DNA of 61,872 bases, counting the filler, from Candidatus Ancaeobacter aquaticus (GTDB lineage Bacteria; Auribacterota; Ancaeobacteria; Ancaeobacterales; Ancaeobacteraceae): assembly GCA_030765405.1 (NCBI GenBank). It is 5 parts of 5 records of this genome, joined end to end, with 100 filler letters (N's around TTAATTAATTAA, not from the genome) between each part and the next. Parts side by side here need not be neighbours in the genome. Positions count along the whole stretch, not along the records: positions 38,918 to 55,945 come from JAVCCP010000004.1; 4 more parts are not named here. One strand, 5' to 3'. The notes below the pieces were generated by a model. The model made no database searches and had not been told where the DNA came from. It worked only from the letters and a program-made list of their open reading frames with translations. The position numbers and the translations under genes were made by a program. Every line of letters starts with the position of its first letter. Position 1 is the stretch's first letter. Positions 46,266-56,045 of the stretch are shown one piece after another.

Positions 46266-46922
46266 TTATCTCGATTTTTCTACGCCAACACGATTACAAT
46301 ATTTGTGTAGAGGGCATGTGCTGCATAGTGGTGAGATGGGTCTGCAGAGATTTTGTCCATAGCTGACAAGTAAATCGTTGTAGATTATCCAGTGTTTTTT
46401 TGGAAGGATCTCCCTTAAGGTAAATTCTGTTTCATTCGGATTTTTTGTTTTAACCAATCCGAACCGGTTTGATATCCGATGAACATGTGTATCAACACAT
46501 ATTCCGTATTTTCCATATCCGAGCGTTACGACAAGATTCGCTGTTTTTCGGCCAACACCCTTTAATGTTAAAAGATCATCGATCGTATCAGGGACCTTAC
46601 CTTTATATTGATTAAGCAAAGTGTGGCAAATATGTAATATTGAACGCGCTTTTGTTTTATAGAAACCGACAGGATAAATAAGTTTTTCAATTTCACGTGG
46701 CGTGAGAAGAATCATTCTTCTTGGTGTGGCGGCTTTTTTGAATAGCCGATAAGAAGCGTCTCGTGTTGTTTCATCTTTTGTGCGTAAACTTAAAACAGTC
46801 GAAATGAGTATTTTAAACGGATCATGATTTTTACGGGAAAACTCTGTAACAATTGGTAACCTAAATTTTGCAACTTCTTTTTCCAGCAGAGAAATAACAA
46901 TATCAATATTTTTTATCTTCAT
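46266..46922 (-). CDS. nth: Endonuclease III
   Basis: HhH 'LKGVGRKTANLV', 'VDTHVHRISNR', 'CRPISPLCSTCPLHKYC'. Confidence 0.92.
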   Translation of the reverse strand: MKIKNIDIVISLLEKEVAKFRLPIVTEFSRKNHDPFKILISTVLSLRTKDETTRDASYRLFKKAATPRRMILLTPREIEKLIYPVGFYKTKARSILHICHTLLNQYKGKVPDTIDDLLTLKGVGRKTANLVVTLGYGKYGICVDTHVHRISNRFGLVKTKNPNETEFTLREILPKKHWIIYNDLLVSYGQNLCRPISPLCSTCPLHKYCNRVGVEKSR

Positions 46923-47078
46923 TATGTGTATTTTCTTTTTTTGCTGTTAGCCGCACAGTCTTTCAGGTTTCCGGGGATCCTTAATGGTGTCTTGATAAAA
47001 AGTTTTTTTCACTAATCGATGTGCTATTTACTATACGCTCTACGCTAAGCGCTATCCGCTATTTGAGTCTCTGGTCTT

Positions 47079-48077
47079 TTAGAATAGATTCCACTTGATC
47101 ATACGCATTGTATCTTTGAAGTTCTTTCCTGCTTCTCGTGCAATGGTCGGTTCGTAGCCGCAATGCATCATGCAGTTTTTACAGCGTTTATCATTGTTCG
47201 GGCCGTACTTCTCCCAGGGGGTTTTATTCATTAGTTCATTAAAACTGTCATAATGTGTATCGGTAATCAGGTAACAGGGGCTTTTCCATCCGCGGACATT
47301 TCGATTGGGATTTCCCCATGGGGTGCAGTCGTACGATCGCTTTCCTTGTAAGAAGTCCATATAAAGCGGTGTATTCATTATGGGTATCTTATCAAGGTGA
47401 GCGGAGAGTTCCTTAAATTTATTGATTGTCTTTTCCTTTGTGAGAAACATATCACTATCACTATCAAAATAACTGAATCCCGGTGCAAGCATTATTCCGT
47501 TTACCTTTAGAGATTTCAGTAATGTGAGAAGTGAAACGATTTCCCCAACATTTGTTTCACTATATATGGTCGTGTTAATAACCACCCGATATCCGCGTTT
47601 TTTTGCATCTTTGATGCTTTTTATCGCTTGGGCAAAAACACCTGACCTGTTACGGATGGCGTCATGAGTGGTATCCATTCCGTCAAGTGATACATTGATA
47701 TTAAGATATGGGCTTGGTTTGTTTCGGGATAAAAAATCGGACAGCAGTAAGGCGTTGGTGCATAGGTATATATGTTTTTTTCTGGATATAATGCCGCTTA
47801 CCAGTGCGTCAATTTCAGGATAGATGAGAGGTTCCCCTCCGGTTATTGAAATAATTGGTGCACCGGACTCATCGATTGCGCTAAAGCATTCTTTGAGTGA
47901 CAACATATCACTAAGGGTGTCTTTAAATTCTCGTATTTTTCCGCATCCTTCACAGGAAAGGTTGCATTTATGGAGCGGTTCGAGCATGAGAACCAGAGGA
48001 TAACGGTCATTATTCCTTACTTTGTTTTGAACAATGTAAGACGTTAGCGAATATAGTAATAATGGATGAAACTTCAT
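47079..48077 (-). CDS. hpnH: Adenosyl-hopene transferase HpnH (radical SAM)
   Basis: 'LMLEPLHKCNLSCEGCGKI', 'CTPWGNP', 'PCYL', 'NCMMHCGYEPT'; adjacent to shc. Confidence 0.88.
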   Translation of the reverse strand: MKFHPLLLYSLTSYIVQNKVRNNDRYPLVLMLEPLHKCNLSCEGCGKIREFKDTLSDMLSLKECFSAIDESGAPIISITGGEPLIYPEIDALVSGIISRKKHIYLCTNALLLSDFLSRNKPSPYLNINVSLDGMDTTHDAIRNRSGVFAQAIKSIKDAKKRGYRVVINTTIYSETNVGEIVSLLTLLKSLKVNGIMLAPGFSYFDSDSDMFLTKEKTINKFKELSAHLDKIPIMNTPLYMDFLQGKRSYDCTPWGNPNRNVRGWKSPCYLITDTHYDSFNELMNKTPWEKYGPNNDKRCKNCMMHCGYEPTIAREAGKNFKDTMRMIKWNLF

Positions 48078-48161
48078 AAAAAAATGTCTTGTTAGAAGTT
48101 AAATAATGATTGTATAATCTTTAGCAATTATACATGAATCGTCAGGAAAAGGGAGTAAAGA

Positions 48162-50141
48162 ATGAAAGATATTTTCTTGAGGGAGAAGGAGTACACTTTG
48201 CATGCAATAAAAGAAGTTGCTCGCAAAGAACCCGAAACAACCTCTCTCAAAGATGATTCCAATGAAGTCAGAAATGCAATAGATAATGCCCGCTCATACC
48301 TTCTTAACCGTCAAGATGTAAGGGGTTTCTGGATAGAAGAACTTGAATGTGATTGCACTACCACTGCTGATTACATCATATTGCTCAATTTCCTTGGTTG
48401 GCAAGAAGGACAGTATAAGAAAAAGATCAAAAAAGCCGCTGTCCGCATACGTGAACTTCAGCAAGAAGACGGTAGTTGGAATATATTTTATAAAGGCCCA
48501 GGAGAAATCAGTGCAACGGTAAAAGCATATTTTGCGCTCAAGCTTGCCGGTTACAATCAAAATGAGCCGTTCATGAAAAAAGCGCGCGATTTCATCCTTA
48601 ATAAAGGCGGTGTTGAACGCTCAAATATCTTTATGAAGCTCTATCTTGCGTTATTTGGACAATACAGCTGGAAAGGTGTGCCGGCGTTACCTGCAGAACT
48701 TATTTTCTTTAAAAGATTCTTTGTGTACGAAATGAGCTCGTGGACACGTACAATTGTTATCCCGCTTTTTATAATCGGATCATACAAACCACGCGTAGAT
48801 TTACCTGAGGAAAAAGGTATCGGGGAACTTTTTGATGGTAAAGAGTTTACCAATGATGTCCTCATATCTTTTGATAAGAAGATTTTTAGCTGGAAAAACT
48901 TTTTCCTCGTTTTAGATACGATCTTTAAGTTCTTTGAGAAGATTCATTTTGTACCGCTGAGGAAGGTTGCCGTAAAGATGTGTGAAAAATGGATATATGA
49001 ACATTTAGAAGGGTCAGCTGGTCTTGGGGCAATATGGCCTTCAATGGTAAATGCTGTCATGGCGCTTAAATGTTTGGATTATAAAGAAGATGATCTCATA
49101 TTTATTAAGGCGATGACCGATATTGAGGATCTGGTTATAGAAGAAAAGAATACTGTTCGGGCACAACCCTGTGTTTCACCAGTATGGGACAGCGCAATAA
49201 CCTTGATAAGTTTAGCTGAAAGCGGTTTGTCTCCAACATCTACTCCCATGCAAAAAGGTGGGAAATGGATTTTATCGAAGGAGATTAAAAAAGACGGTGA
49301 TTGGAAAGTTAAGAATCATCAAGGAAACCCCGGCGGCTGGGCATTTGAATTTGAAAATGAATTTTATCCTGATATTGATGATAGCGCTATGGTTCTTCTG
49401 GCTCTCAAACGGCTCGATCTCGAAGAAAATGAAGAGGCCAAAACACTGGCAATTGAAAGAGCCCTTTCGTGGATACTTTCAATGCAAAACGATGATGGCG
49501 GTTGGGCCGCATTTGATAAAAATAATAACAAAGAAATATTAACGAATATACCGTTTGCGGATCATAATGCGATGATTGATCCGTCTTGTAATGATATTAC
49601 GGGACGCGTATTAGAAGCCTTAGGTGATTTTGGGTTTACCGCAAGCGACGAGCCAGTTAAAAAAGCGGTTAATTATCTTTTGAAAAACCAGGATAAAGAT
49701 GGATCGTGGTTCGGGCGATGGGGTGTAAATTATATTTATGGTACCTGGGCGGTTATAACAGGTATGGTCAATGTTGGTGTGTGTTTGGACGATTCGTGTA
49801 TTCGAAAAGGGATTGAATGGATAAAAGAATGTCAAAATCAAGATGGCGGCTGGGGTGAGTCCGTCATATCGTATGATAGAATTGATTTAAAAGGAACAGG
49901 TGTGAGCACTGCATCTCAGACTGCATGGGCGCTTTTGACACTATTTTCTTGTGGAGAATATGAGTCAGCTATCGTGAGAAGCGGGATAGATTATCTCCTG
50001 CACTCGCAGCATAAGGATGGTATGTGGTTAGAGAATGAGTTTACCGGAACAGGTTTTCCAAAAGTATATTATTTGAAATATAATTCTTATAAAACCAATT
50101 TCCCTCTCTTGGCGCTATCACGATATTTCTATCGGAGATAA
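48162..50141 (+). CDS. shc: Squalene-hopene cyclase
   Basis: 'FYPDIDDSAMV' DXDD motif; QW repeats 'QNDDGGW', 'QDKDGSWFGRWG'; 'FTGTGFPKVYYLKY'. Confidence 0.95.
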   Translation: MKDIFLREKEYTLHAIKEVARKEPETTSLKDDSNEVRNAIDNARSYLLNRQDVRGFWIEELECDCTTTADYIILLNFLGWQEGQYKKKIKKAAVRIRELQQEDGSWNIFYKGPGEISATVKAYFALKLAGYNQNEPFMKKARDFILNKGGVERSNIFMKLYLALFGQYSWKGVPALPAELIFFKRFFVYEMSSWTRTIVIPLFIIGSYKPRVDLPEEKGIGELFDGKEFTNDVLISFDKKIFSWKNFFLVLDTIFKFFEKIHFVPLRKVAVKMCEKWIYEHLEGSAGLGAIWPSMVNAVMALKCLDYKEDDLIFIKAMTDIEDLVIEEKNTVRAQPCVSPVWDSAITLISLAESGLSPTSTPMQKGGKWILSKEIKKDGDWKVKNHQGNPGGWAFEFENEFYPDIDDSAMVLLALKRLDLEENEEAKTLAIERALSWILSMQNDDGGWAAFDKNNNKEILTNIPFADHNAMIDPSCNDITGRVLEALGDFGFTASDEPVKKAVNYLLKNQDKDGSWFGRWGVNYIYGTWAVITGMVNVGVCLDDSCIRKGIEWIKECQNQDGGWGESVISYDRIDLKGTGVSTASQTAWALLTLFSCGEYESAIVRSGIDYLLHSQHKDGMWLENEFTGTGFPKVYYLKYNSYKTNFPLLALSRYFYRR

Positions 50142-50151
50142 GCGTGATCCC

Positions 50152-51246
50152 TTGGTATCAAAATGCAATATTGTGCAGGCAAAAAAACATAATACTATGA
50201 ACAAAAAAGTAATCACATTAATTATCGTCCTTTTATCCACTGTAATCTTACAGGCATGCAGTTCGGTTAATCCTCTTCTTCGTTATAATGAAGTGAAAAA
50301 AGAAGATGTACCTCTTCAGGAACGAAAATATCCTGCTCCTGAAAAGTACATGGATATGGGTGACTATAAGCTGTGCTATATCGAATACGGTGAGGGCGAG
50401 CCACTCCTGATATTGCCTGGCGTGAATTTATCTGTACATAACTGGCGTTATAATTTGCCGCGATATTTTAAGAAATATAAAGTGTATTGCATTGATTTTC
50501 CCGGATACGGTAAATCAGGTATGCCTGATGCCGATTACAAAATAGAATTCTTTTCTGATGCTGTTATGAAGTTTATGGACAAGAAAGGGATTAAAAAGAC
50601 AAATCTTCTCGGTCATTCGCTTGGGGGACAGGTTGCAATATATCTTGCTGCGCAACATCCCGAACGGGTAAATAAACTAATACTGGAAACAGCTACCGGT
50701 GTCAGGCCACGATACGGCATTCTAGAAGATCTCATGATAATGTGGTTTATTACAGAAGACAGATTTGCAAACTTACCGCTTCATACCTTGCGTGAATATA
50801 CCGAAAAAAATTTTTATAATGTATGTGATGCTTGTGAAGAGCTTTTCTGGTATCAAGCAGCGAAACGACTCCATAATCAGGGTACGAAAGAATATGAGAA
50901 ACGAAACAGAGCGTTTGTGCGTGGAGTACGAAACATAATAATGACAAGCGTGAGAGATAAAGTTAAAAAAATCGATCATCCGACACTTATTATATGGGGA
51001 CGAGATGATACTTTATGTAATGTGAAAGACGCATATTTTTTAAATGAACAGATGAAAAATTCACGGTTGTTTGTTATTGAAAATTGTGGACATCAACCGC
51101 ACCTTGAACGCCCAATAGATTATGATGAGGCACTGTTTGATTTTCTGGATAAAAATGAAGCAAGTGAAGATAGCAGCATTAAAAAAAAATATCCCTCAAT
51201 TGAAGAGTTGGTCGAAAGCGAAGTAAAAGAAGTGGAAAAGGAGTAA
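50152..51246 (+). CDS. Alpha/beta hydrolase, lipoprotein-like
   Basis: 'LQAC' lipobox-like; 'GHSLGG' nucleophile elbow; 'WGRDD'; 'CGHQPH'. Confidence 0.85.
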   Translation: MVSKCNIVQAKKHNTMNKKVITLIIVLLSTVILQACSSVNPLLRYNEVKKEDVPLQERKYPAPEKYMDMGDYKLCYIEYGEGEPLLILPGVNLSVHNWRYNLPRYFKKYKVYCIDFPGYGKSGMPDADYKIEFFSDAVMKFMDKKGIKKTNLLGHSLGGQVAIYLAAQHPERVNKLILETATGVRPRYGILEDLMIMWFITEDRFANLPLHTLREYTEKNFYNVCDACEELFWYQAAKRLHNQGTKEYEKRNRAFVRGVRNIIMTSVRDKVKKIDHPTLIIWGRDDTLCNVKDAYFLNEQMKNSRLFVIENCGHQPHLERPIDYDEALFDFLDKNEASEDSSIKKKYPSIEELVESEVKEVEKE

Positions 51247-51247
51247 C

Positions 51248-52237
51248 GTGAAAGCATTTATAACCGGTGCAACAGGATTTATTGGTTCGGCAGTAGTGCG
51301 AGAACTTTTACATGAAGGATGGAAGGTTCGCGCATTGGTGCGCGCGAAAAGTAATTCAAAAAATGTGCGGAAATTACCGATAGAGAGATGTTATGGCGAT
51401 CTGTGCGATAAAGAATCTCTCATAAAAGGTATGCGCGGATGTCAGGCAGTGTTTCATGTTGCGGCACATTATGATTTGTGGCATGCTGATCCGCGAGTGC
51501 CATATAAAATTAATGTTGAAGGAACAAAAAATCTTTTAGAAGCAGCGCTCCAGACCAATATTGAAAAAGTTGTCTATACAAGCTCCGTGAGTACCATTGG
51601 TATATGTAAGGAAAAGAAGATTGGCCATGAAGAAACACCAATAGATTATAAATATATCGTTGGCCATTATAAGAGATCAAAATATCTTGCCGAAAAAGAA
51701 GCGTTCTCCTTTATTAAAAAAGGGCTTCAGGTTTACATTGTTAATCCGAGCACGCCAATTGGCGAAAGAGATATTAAGCCGACGCCGACCGGTAAGGTTA
51801 TTGTTGATTACTTAAACGGTAAGATGTACGGTTATATTGAAACAGGGTTAAATATCATTGATGTAAAAGATGTTGCACGCGGACATATTCTTGCTATGCA
51901 AAAAGGGAAGGTTGGCGAGCGCTACATACTGGGAAATAAAAATCTTACTTTAAAAGAGATCTTTGATCTTCTAGAAAGTGTCACGGGAAAACCAGCCCCG
52001 CGGTTTAAAATACCGTATAATCTTGCCTTATGTGCAGGATTTGCTGACAGTGCTGTTGCAAAACTGCTGAAGAGACGTCCAAACATACCTCTTGATGGAG
52101 TGAAGATGGCACGTAAAAAGATGTTTTTTGATGCAACAAAAGCGGTACGAGAGCTTGGACTACCACAAACACCAGTGGAGCATTCATTTAAAAAAGCGTG
52201 TGAATGGTTTTCAAGTAACGGGTATGTAAAAGAGTAG
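51248..52237 (+). CDS. hpnA: Hopanoid-associated sugar epimerase/dehydratase HpnA
   Basis: 'TGATGFIG', 'FHVAAHY', 'HYKRSK', 'GERDIKPTPTG', 'GKVGERYILG'. Confidence 0.85.
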   Translation: MKAFITGATGFIGSAVVRELLHEGWKVRALVRAKSNSKNVRKLPIERCYGDLCDKESLIKGMRGCQAVFHVAAHYDLWHADPRVPYKINVEGTKNLLEAALQTNIEKVVYTSSVSTIGICKEKKIGHEETPIDYKYIVGHYKRSKYLAEKEAFSFIKKGLQVYIVNPSTPIGERDIKPTPTGKVIVDYLNGKMYGYIETGLNIIDVKDVARGHILAMQKGKVGERYILGNKNLTLKEIFDLLESVTGKPAPRFKIPYNLALCAGFADSAVAKLLKRRPNIPLDGVKMARKKMFFDATKAVRELGLPQTPVEHSFKKACEWFSSNGYVKE

Positions 52238-52256
52238 TAATTATATGGGAGGATGA

Positions 52257-52694
52257 ATGAAGAAGCGCATAATGAGTCAGATGAAAACAGCAATGAAAAG
52301 CGGACAGAAGAACGTCGTTGGTGTTCTGCGAATGATCATAGCTGATATACAAAAAGAAGAAATTGATCTCAAGAAAGAGTTAACCAACGAAGATGTGGTT
52401 AAGATAATCAAAAAGGGGATCAAATCACGTGAAGAGTCCCTGCGTATGTATATTGAAGGAAATCGTTCTGATCTTGCAAAAAAAGAAGAAGAAGAAATAA
52501 AAGTACTGGTAGACTATCTTCCAAAACAGTTTTCCGAAGATGAGACAGAGGAGCTTGTTGTTAAGATTGTTGCAGAGCTTGATCTTACCTCAAAAAAAGA
52601 TATTGGCAAACTTATGAAAGAAGTTCTCGGAAGGTATGGAGCGCATGTCGATGGCCGGACAGTATTAACACTTGCTCAAAAAACACTGCAATAA
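52257..52694 (+). CDS. GatB/YqeY domain protein
   Basis: 'MKTAMKSG', 'K.REES..MY..GNR.DLA.KEEEEI.VL..YLP.Q'. Confidence 0.88.
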   Translation: MKKRIMSQMKTAMKSGQKNVVGVLRMIIADIQKEEIDLKKELTNEDVVKIIKKGIKSREESLRMYIEGNRSDLAKKEEEEIKVLVDYLPKQFSEDETEELVVKIVAELDLTSKKDIGKLMKEVLGRYGAHVDGRTVLTLAQKTLQ

Positions 52695-52718
52695 TAGTGA
52701 TTGAGAATGAATGTGTTA

Positions 52719-53585
52719 TCAGTCTTTTTGAGAGATACTGATAAACGTGACCTCTGGTCGACACAGAAACCGAAACGGTAATAACTTAAACGCGCTTAAT
52801 CCTCTGCTTACATAACAGGGTATGTCATTAAGCGTGACAAAACCCGATGCATGCTTCCCCGGTAATATCGAATGAGTAACCATAGCACCTATAAACGGAA
52901 GACATATTTGCCCCCCGTGTGTGTGACCTGAAAGTGCAAGATCAATGAGTGTGTTTGGCGCGAACATCACAGGGTCGGGAGTGTGTGAAAGAAGTATGTT
53001 AAATCTCTGTGCATTAATATCCTGGCATGCTTTTTTTATGTCACTTCTGCCCGCATAATAATCATCAATGCCCGCTATAGATATATTGAGCTCATCAATA
53101 GTAATATGAGAATTATGCAACAAGTGGCAGTTGTTTTCATGCAGTGTACGTGAAAACAACTCCAGATCTTTTCTTATTACAGAACGTTTGCTCTCTCTGC
53201 GTAAAATAACCCCGAGAGCATGATGGAACGTGTATGAATAGTGATCGTGATTTCCCAGCACATAGTATTTCCCGTAAGTAGGATTAAACATATTTAATCC
53301 TTTAATAAGACTGTGGAGACCTTCCATTTCATCTATTGAGTCACCAGTTATGAGCACCAAGTCGTATTGCTGTAGAGATACCTTGCGAAGTACATTTATT
53401 TTCCAGGGATCTTTCTTCTTGAAATGAAGATCTGAAAGATGAAGAATAGTAAAAGTCTTTTTCGGGAGGTGCTTTGTTGTTTGTATGCTAACGTGTTCTA
53501 TTTTTACTCTTTTTGGCTCAATAAATACTGACCATAAAGCAATGCAAATGCAAATTGTTAAAAGACATATAAAAAAAGTTGTCAT
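52719..53585 (-). CDS. YkuE-like membrane-anchored metallophosphoesterase
   Basis: 'LSDLH', 'TGD', 'LGNHD', 'LSHTPD', 'SGHTHGGQ'. Confidence 0.88.
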   Translation of the reverse strand: MTTFFICLLTICICIALWSVFIEPKRVKIEHVSIQTTKHLPKKTFTILHLSDLHFKKKDPWKINVLRKVSLQQYDLVLITGDSIDEMEGLHSLIKGLNMFNPTYGKYYVLGNHDHYSYTFHHALGVILRRESKRSVIRKDLELFSRTLHENNCHLLHNSHITIDELNISIAGIDDYYAGRSDIKKACQDINAQRFNILLSHTPDPVMFAPNTLIDLALSGHTHGGQICLPFIGAMVTHSILPGKHASGFVTLNDIPCYVSRGLSAFKLLPFRFLCRPEVTFISISQKD

Positions 53586-53631
53586 ATGTTCTCCAAAAAG
53601 TGGTTACGACAAGAGGACTGAGGAGATATGC

Positions 53632-54231
53632 TTACCGTGAGCGGTTGCTCTTTATAGGAAACTCGAAAAAAAGCATTCTAAAATCTTGCATTGCTGATGA
53701 GCCTCTCTTCTGGTCATATTTTACATCCGATAATTCGCGCAGGAAATTCATTTGGCTTACGGGACTTACTTTAAGCGGATGCCTTAATGCGTCACGACTT
53801 AATATGTCATGTAAATGTTGCTTTTGCTTATTATAAAATTTGTTAGGTATTTTTGCATCAGGTTTTGATCCAAAATAATAGAGTTGGTATGTTGTACGCC
53901 ATTTCCAGAAAGCAATAGTCTTTAGCATAGAGTATTCTTTGTCTAGAAACACGCTTTTATACATATTGATCGCTTTTTCTCTCTGCCCTAAAGCATAGGT
54001 GCAGTCGGCCATTCGTATCCGTGCCGCATCGATTTTATTTTGATCAGTCGTCATTGGGATGATCTTCTGAAAAAGATCAAGTGCCTCAGCATAATTTCTT
54101 CTTTCATAGTTGTTTTCAGCGATACGGAACTTTACTTCGGCTTTTGTCATTGTTTGTGCAAAAAGAGGGAACGAAACACATGTCATTGCAGTCAATATAA
54201 GAGCAAATATTGTAAGGGTACGCTTTTTCAT
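53632..54231 (-). CDS. Exported TPR-like protein
   Basis: Signal peptide; helical 'YAEALDLFQKI', 'AINMYK' repeats. Confidence 0.65.
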   Translation of the reverse strand: MKKRTLTIFALILTAMTCVSFPLFAQTMTKAEVKFRIAENNYERRNYAEALDLFQKIIPMTTDQNKIDAARIRMADCTYALGQREKAINMYKSVFLDKEYSMLKTIAFWKWRTTYQLYYFGSKPDAKIPNKFYNKQKQHLHDILSRDALRHPLKVSPVSQMNFLRELSDVKYDQKRGSSAMQDFRMLFFEFPIKSNRSR

Positions 54232-54322
54232 AATAGGGGTAAAGTATATCCTTTTAGATATAAAGTAAAGAAGATTTTGACAATGACCTTAGTTTGTCTA
54301 CAATATAAATAAGAGGTGCAAT

Positions 54323-54835
54323 ATGTATTGTAAAGTTATTGGTATGGCATTTATTATCTTAAGTCTTTGCGTAACGGTACATGCAGATATTGAGCTTACA
54401 TCAGGCGAGCAGGACGGTTTTGTAAATGAAAAAGAATATAATCGCAATGGGCGAACCGTACTTGTTGGTAAAAGAGATTTTGTTGGGGTATTTGAGTTTC
54501 ATCTTACTCAAAAAATACCGGTAAAGAAAGCAACGCTTGTCCTAACAGTTTCTACCGTCAAGGTGCCCGGAGAGTTTATTGTATACCATTTGCTTTCATT
54601 TAATAATGGAAGAGCAGAGGTGCAAGATTATTTTTCTCCCGGTGACGTTGTGAAAAAGATATATGTTGATAGTCCAAAGACGGTGAGAATCGATGTTACC
54701 CGAGAAGTGAATCAAGATATTCAAGGTCCGGGAGAATTTACCAGCTATAAAGTCGCAACAGAAAGTAATGGAGAAATACTTTTTCAGGGATTTGATTCAG
54801 GGGTAGATTATGCAAAAATCGAGACAATCCCCTAA
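54323..54835 (+). CDS. Exported hypothetical beta-rich protein
   Basis: GAGG SD; signal peptide ending 'VHA'. Confidence 0.7.
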   Translation: MYCKVIGMAFIILSLCVTVHADIELTSGEQDGFVNEKEYNRNGRTVLVGKRDFVGVFEFHLTQKIPVKKATLVLTVSTVKVPGEFIVYHLLSFNNGRAEVQDYFSPGDVVKKIYVDSPKTVRIDVTREVNQDIQGPGEFTSYKVATESNGEILFQGFDSGVDYAKIETIP

Positions 54836-54967
54836 ATTGAGCGTATATCTACCCCTGAATCATGAGCTGAAAGATAATTTCTACTTCTTTTTCATAGTAG
54901 CGGTAATTAATAATATAGTGAGTTATGGTGTATAGAGAAATTATTTATATGCCCCTCTAAGAAGAAT

Positions 54968-55753
54968 CTAAAATAACCTGCCCTTTTTTATCGTTTTAAG
55001 CATTGGAGTATGTATAGATCCGTTTGATGCAAGAATATCTTTATTGTAACAGGAATAATCATTCCCTTTATAGTCGGTAATACGAGCCCCAGCTTCCTGC
55101 GCAATAAGAAATCCTGCGGCAGTGTCCCACGGATTAAGATTCAGCTCCCAAAACCCGTCAAGTCGACCGCAGGCAACATAACACAGGTTAAGTGCCGCGG
55201 ATCCGTCACGACGTATTCCCTGGCAGGATAAGAGAAAATTTTTAAATATTTTAATAACCTTTGAATGGTTTTTCCTAATCACGTATGGAAAACCAGTTAC
55301 CAATAGTGCCCGTTCAATATGTTTTATATGTGACACCTGTATCTTTTTATTGTTGAGATATGCCCCGTGACCGGATTCAGCATAAAAGTATTCTTCCATA
55401 ACGGGGTTGTAGACAAGACCTAAAATTATTTTGTTTTTGTATTCGAGGGCTATAGAGACACAATAGACAGGATAGGCGTGAGCATAGTTTGTTGTGCCGT
55501 CTAAGGGATCAATTATCCATTTGTAAGGAGAGCCAGTTATGCGCCCGCCGCCTTCTTCTGCTAAAATATCGTGATCAGGAAATGCTTTGGTAAGTATTTG
55601 TACGATTATTTTCTCTGACTGCTTGTCAATATCAGTAACAAGGTCAATTCTGCCCTTATACTGGATATGTTTAGGTTTGAGAGCGTTCTTTTTGAGTATC
55701 GCTCCTGCTTTTTGAGCAGCTAAAAACGCTGTTTTTTTAAAAATAGGTTTCAT
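54968..55753 (-). CDS. suhB: Inositol monophosphatase
   Basis: 'DLVTDID', 'AEE', 'WIIDPLDGTTNY', 'RRDGSAAL', 'WDTAAG'. Confidence 0.92.
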   Translation of the reverse strand: MKPIFKKTAFLAAQKAGAILKKNALKPKHIQYKGRIDLVTDIDKQSEKIIVQILTKAFPDHDILAEEGGGRITGSPYKWIIDPLDGTTNYAHAYPVYCVSIALEYKNKIILGLVYNPVMEEYFYAESGHGAYLNNKKIQVSHIKHIERALLVTGFPYVIRKNHSKVIKIFKNFLLSCQGIRRDGSAALNLCYVACGRLDGFWELNLNPWDTAAGFLIAQEAGARITDYKGNDYSCYNKDILASNGSIHTPMLKTIKKGRLF

Positions 55754-55945
55754 GTATTACCTTTCCATTGCCATATTTTAATGAGGCACAATTTATTTGT
55801 AAAGGTAAAACAGTTGATATCAACGATTCCGCAACAATACGCATAAGGTATGATTTTAAGCTTAATTAGAGGTTTTTAAACAAAGGGTCATATTCGCGAA
55901 AGGATTTCGCTTAAAAAATTGGATTACAAAAGACGATTATATCTA

Positions 55946-56045
55946 NNNNNNNNNNNNNNNNNNNNNNNNNNNNNNNNNNNNNNNNNNNNTTAATTAATTA
56001 ANNNNNNNNNNNNNNNNNNNNNNNNNNNNNNNNNNNNNNNNNNNN
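55946..56045. other. Artificial contig spacer
   Basis: N-run with TTAATTAATTAA. Confidence 0.98.
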
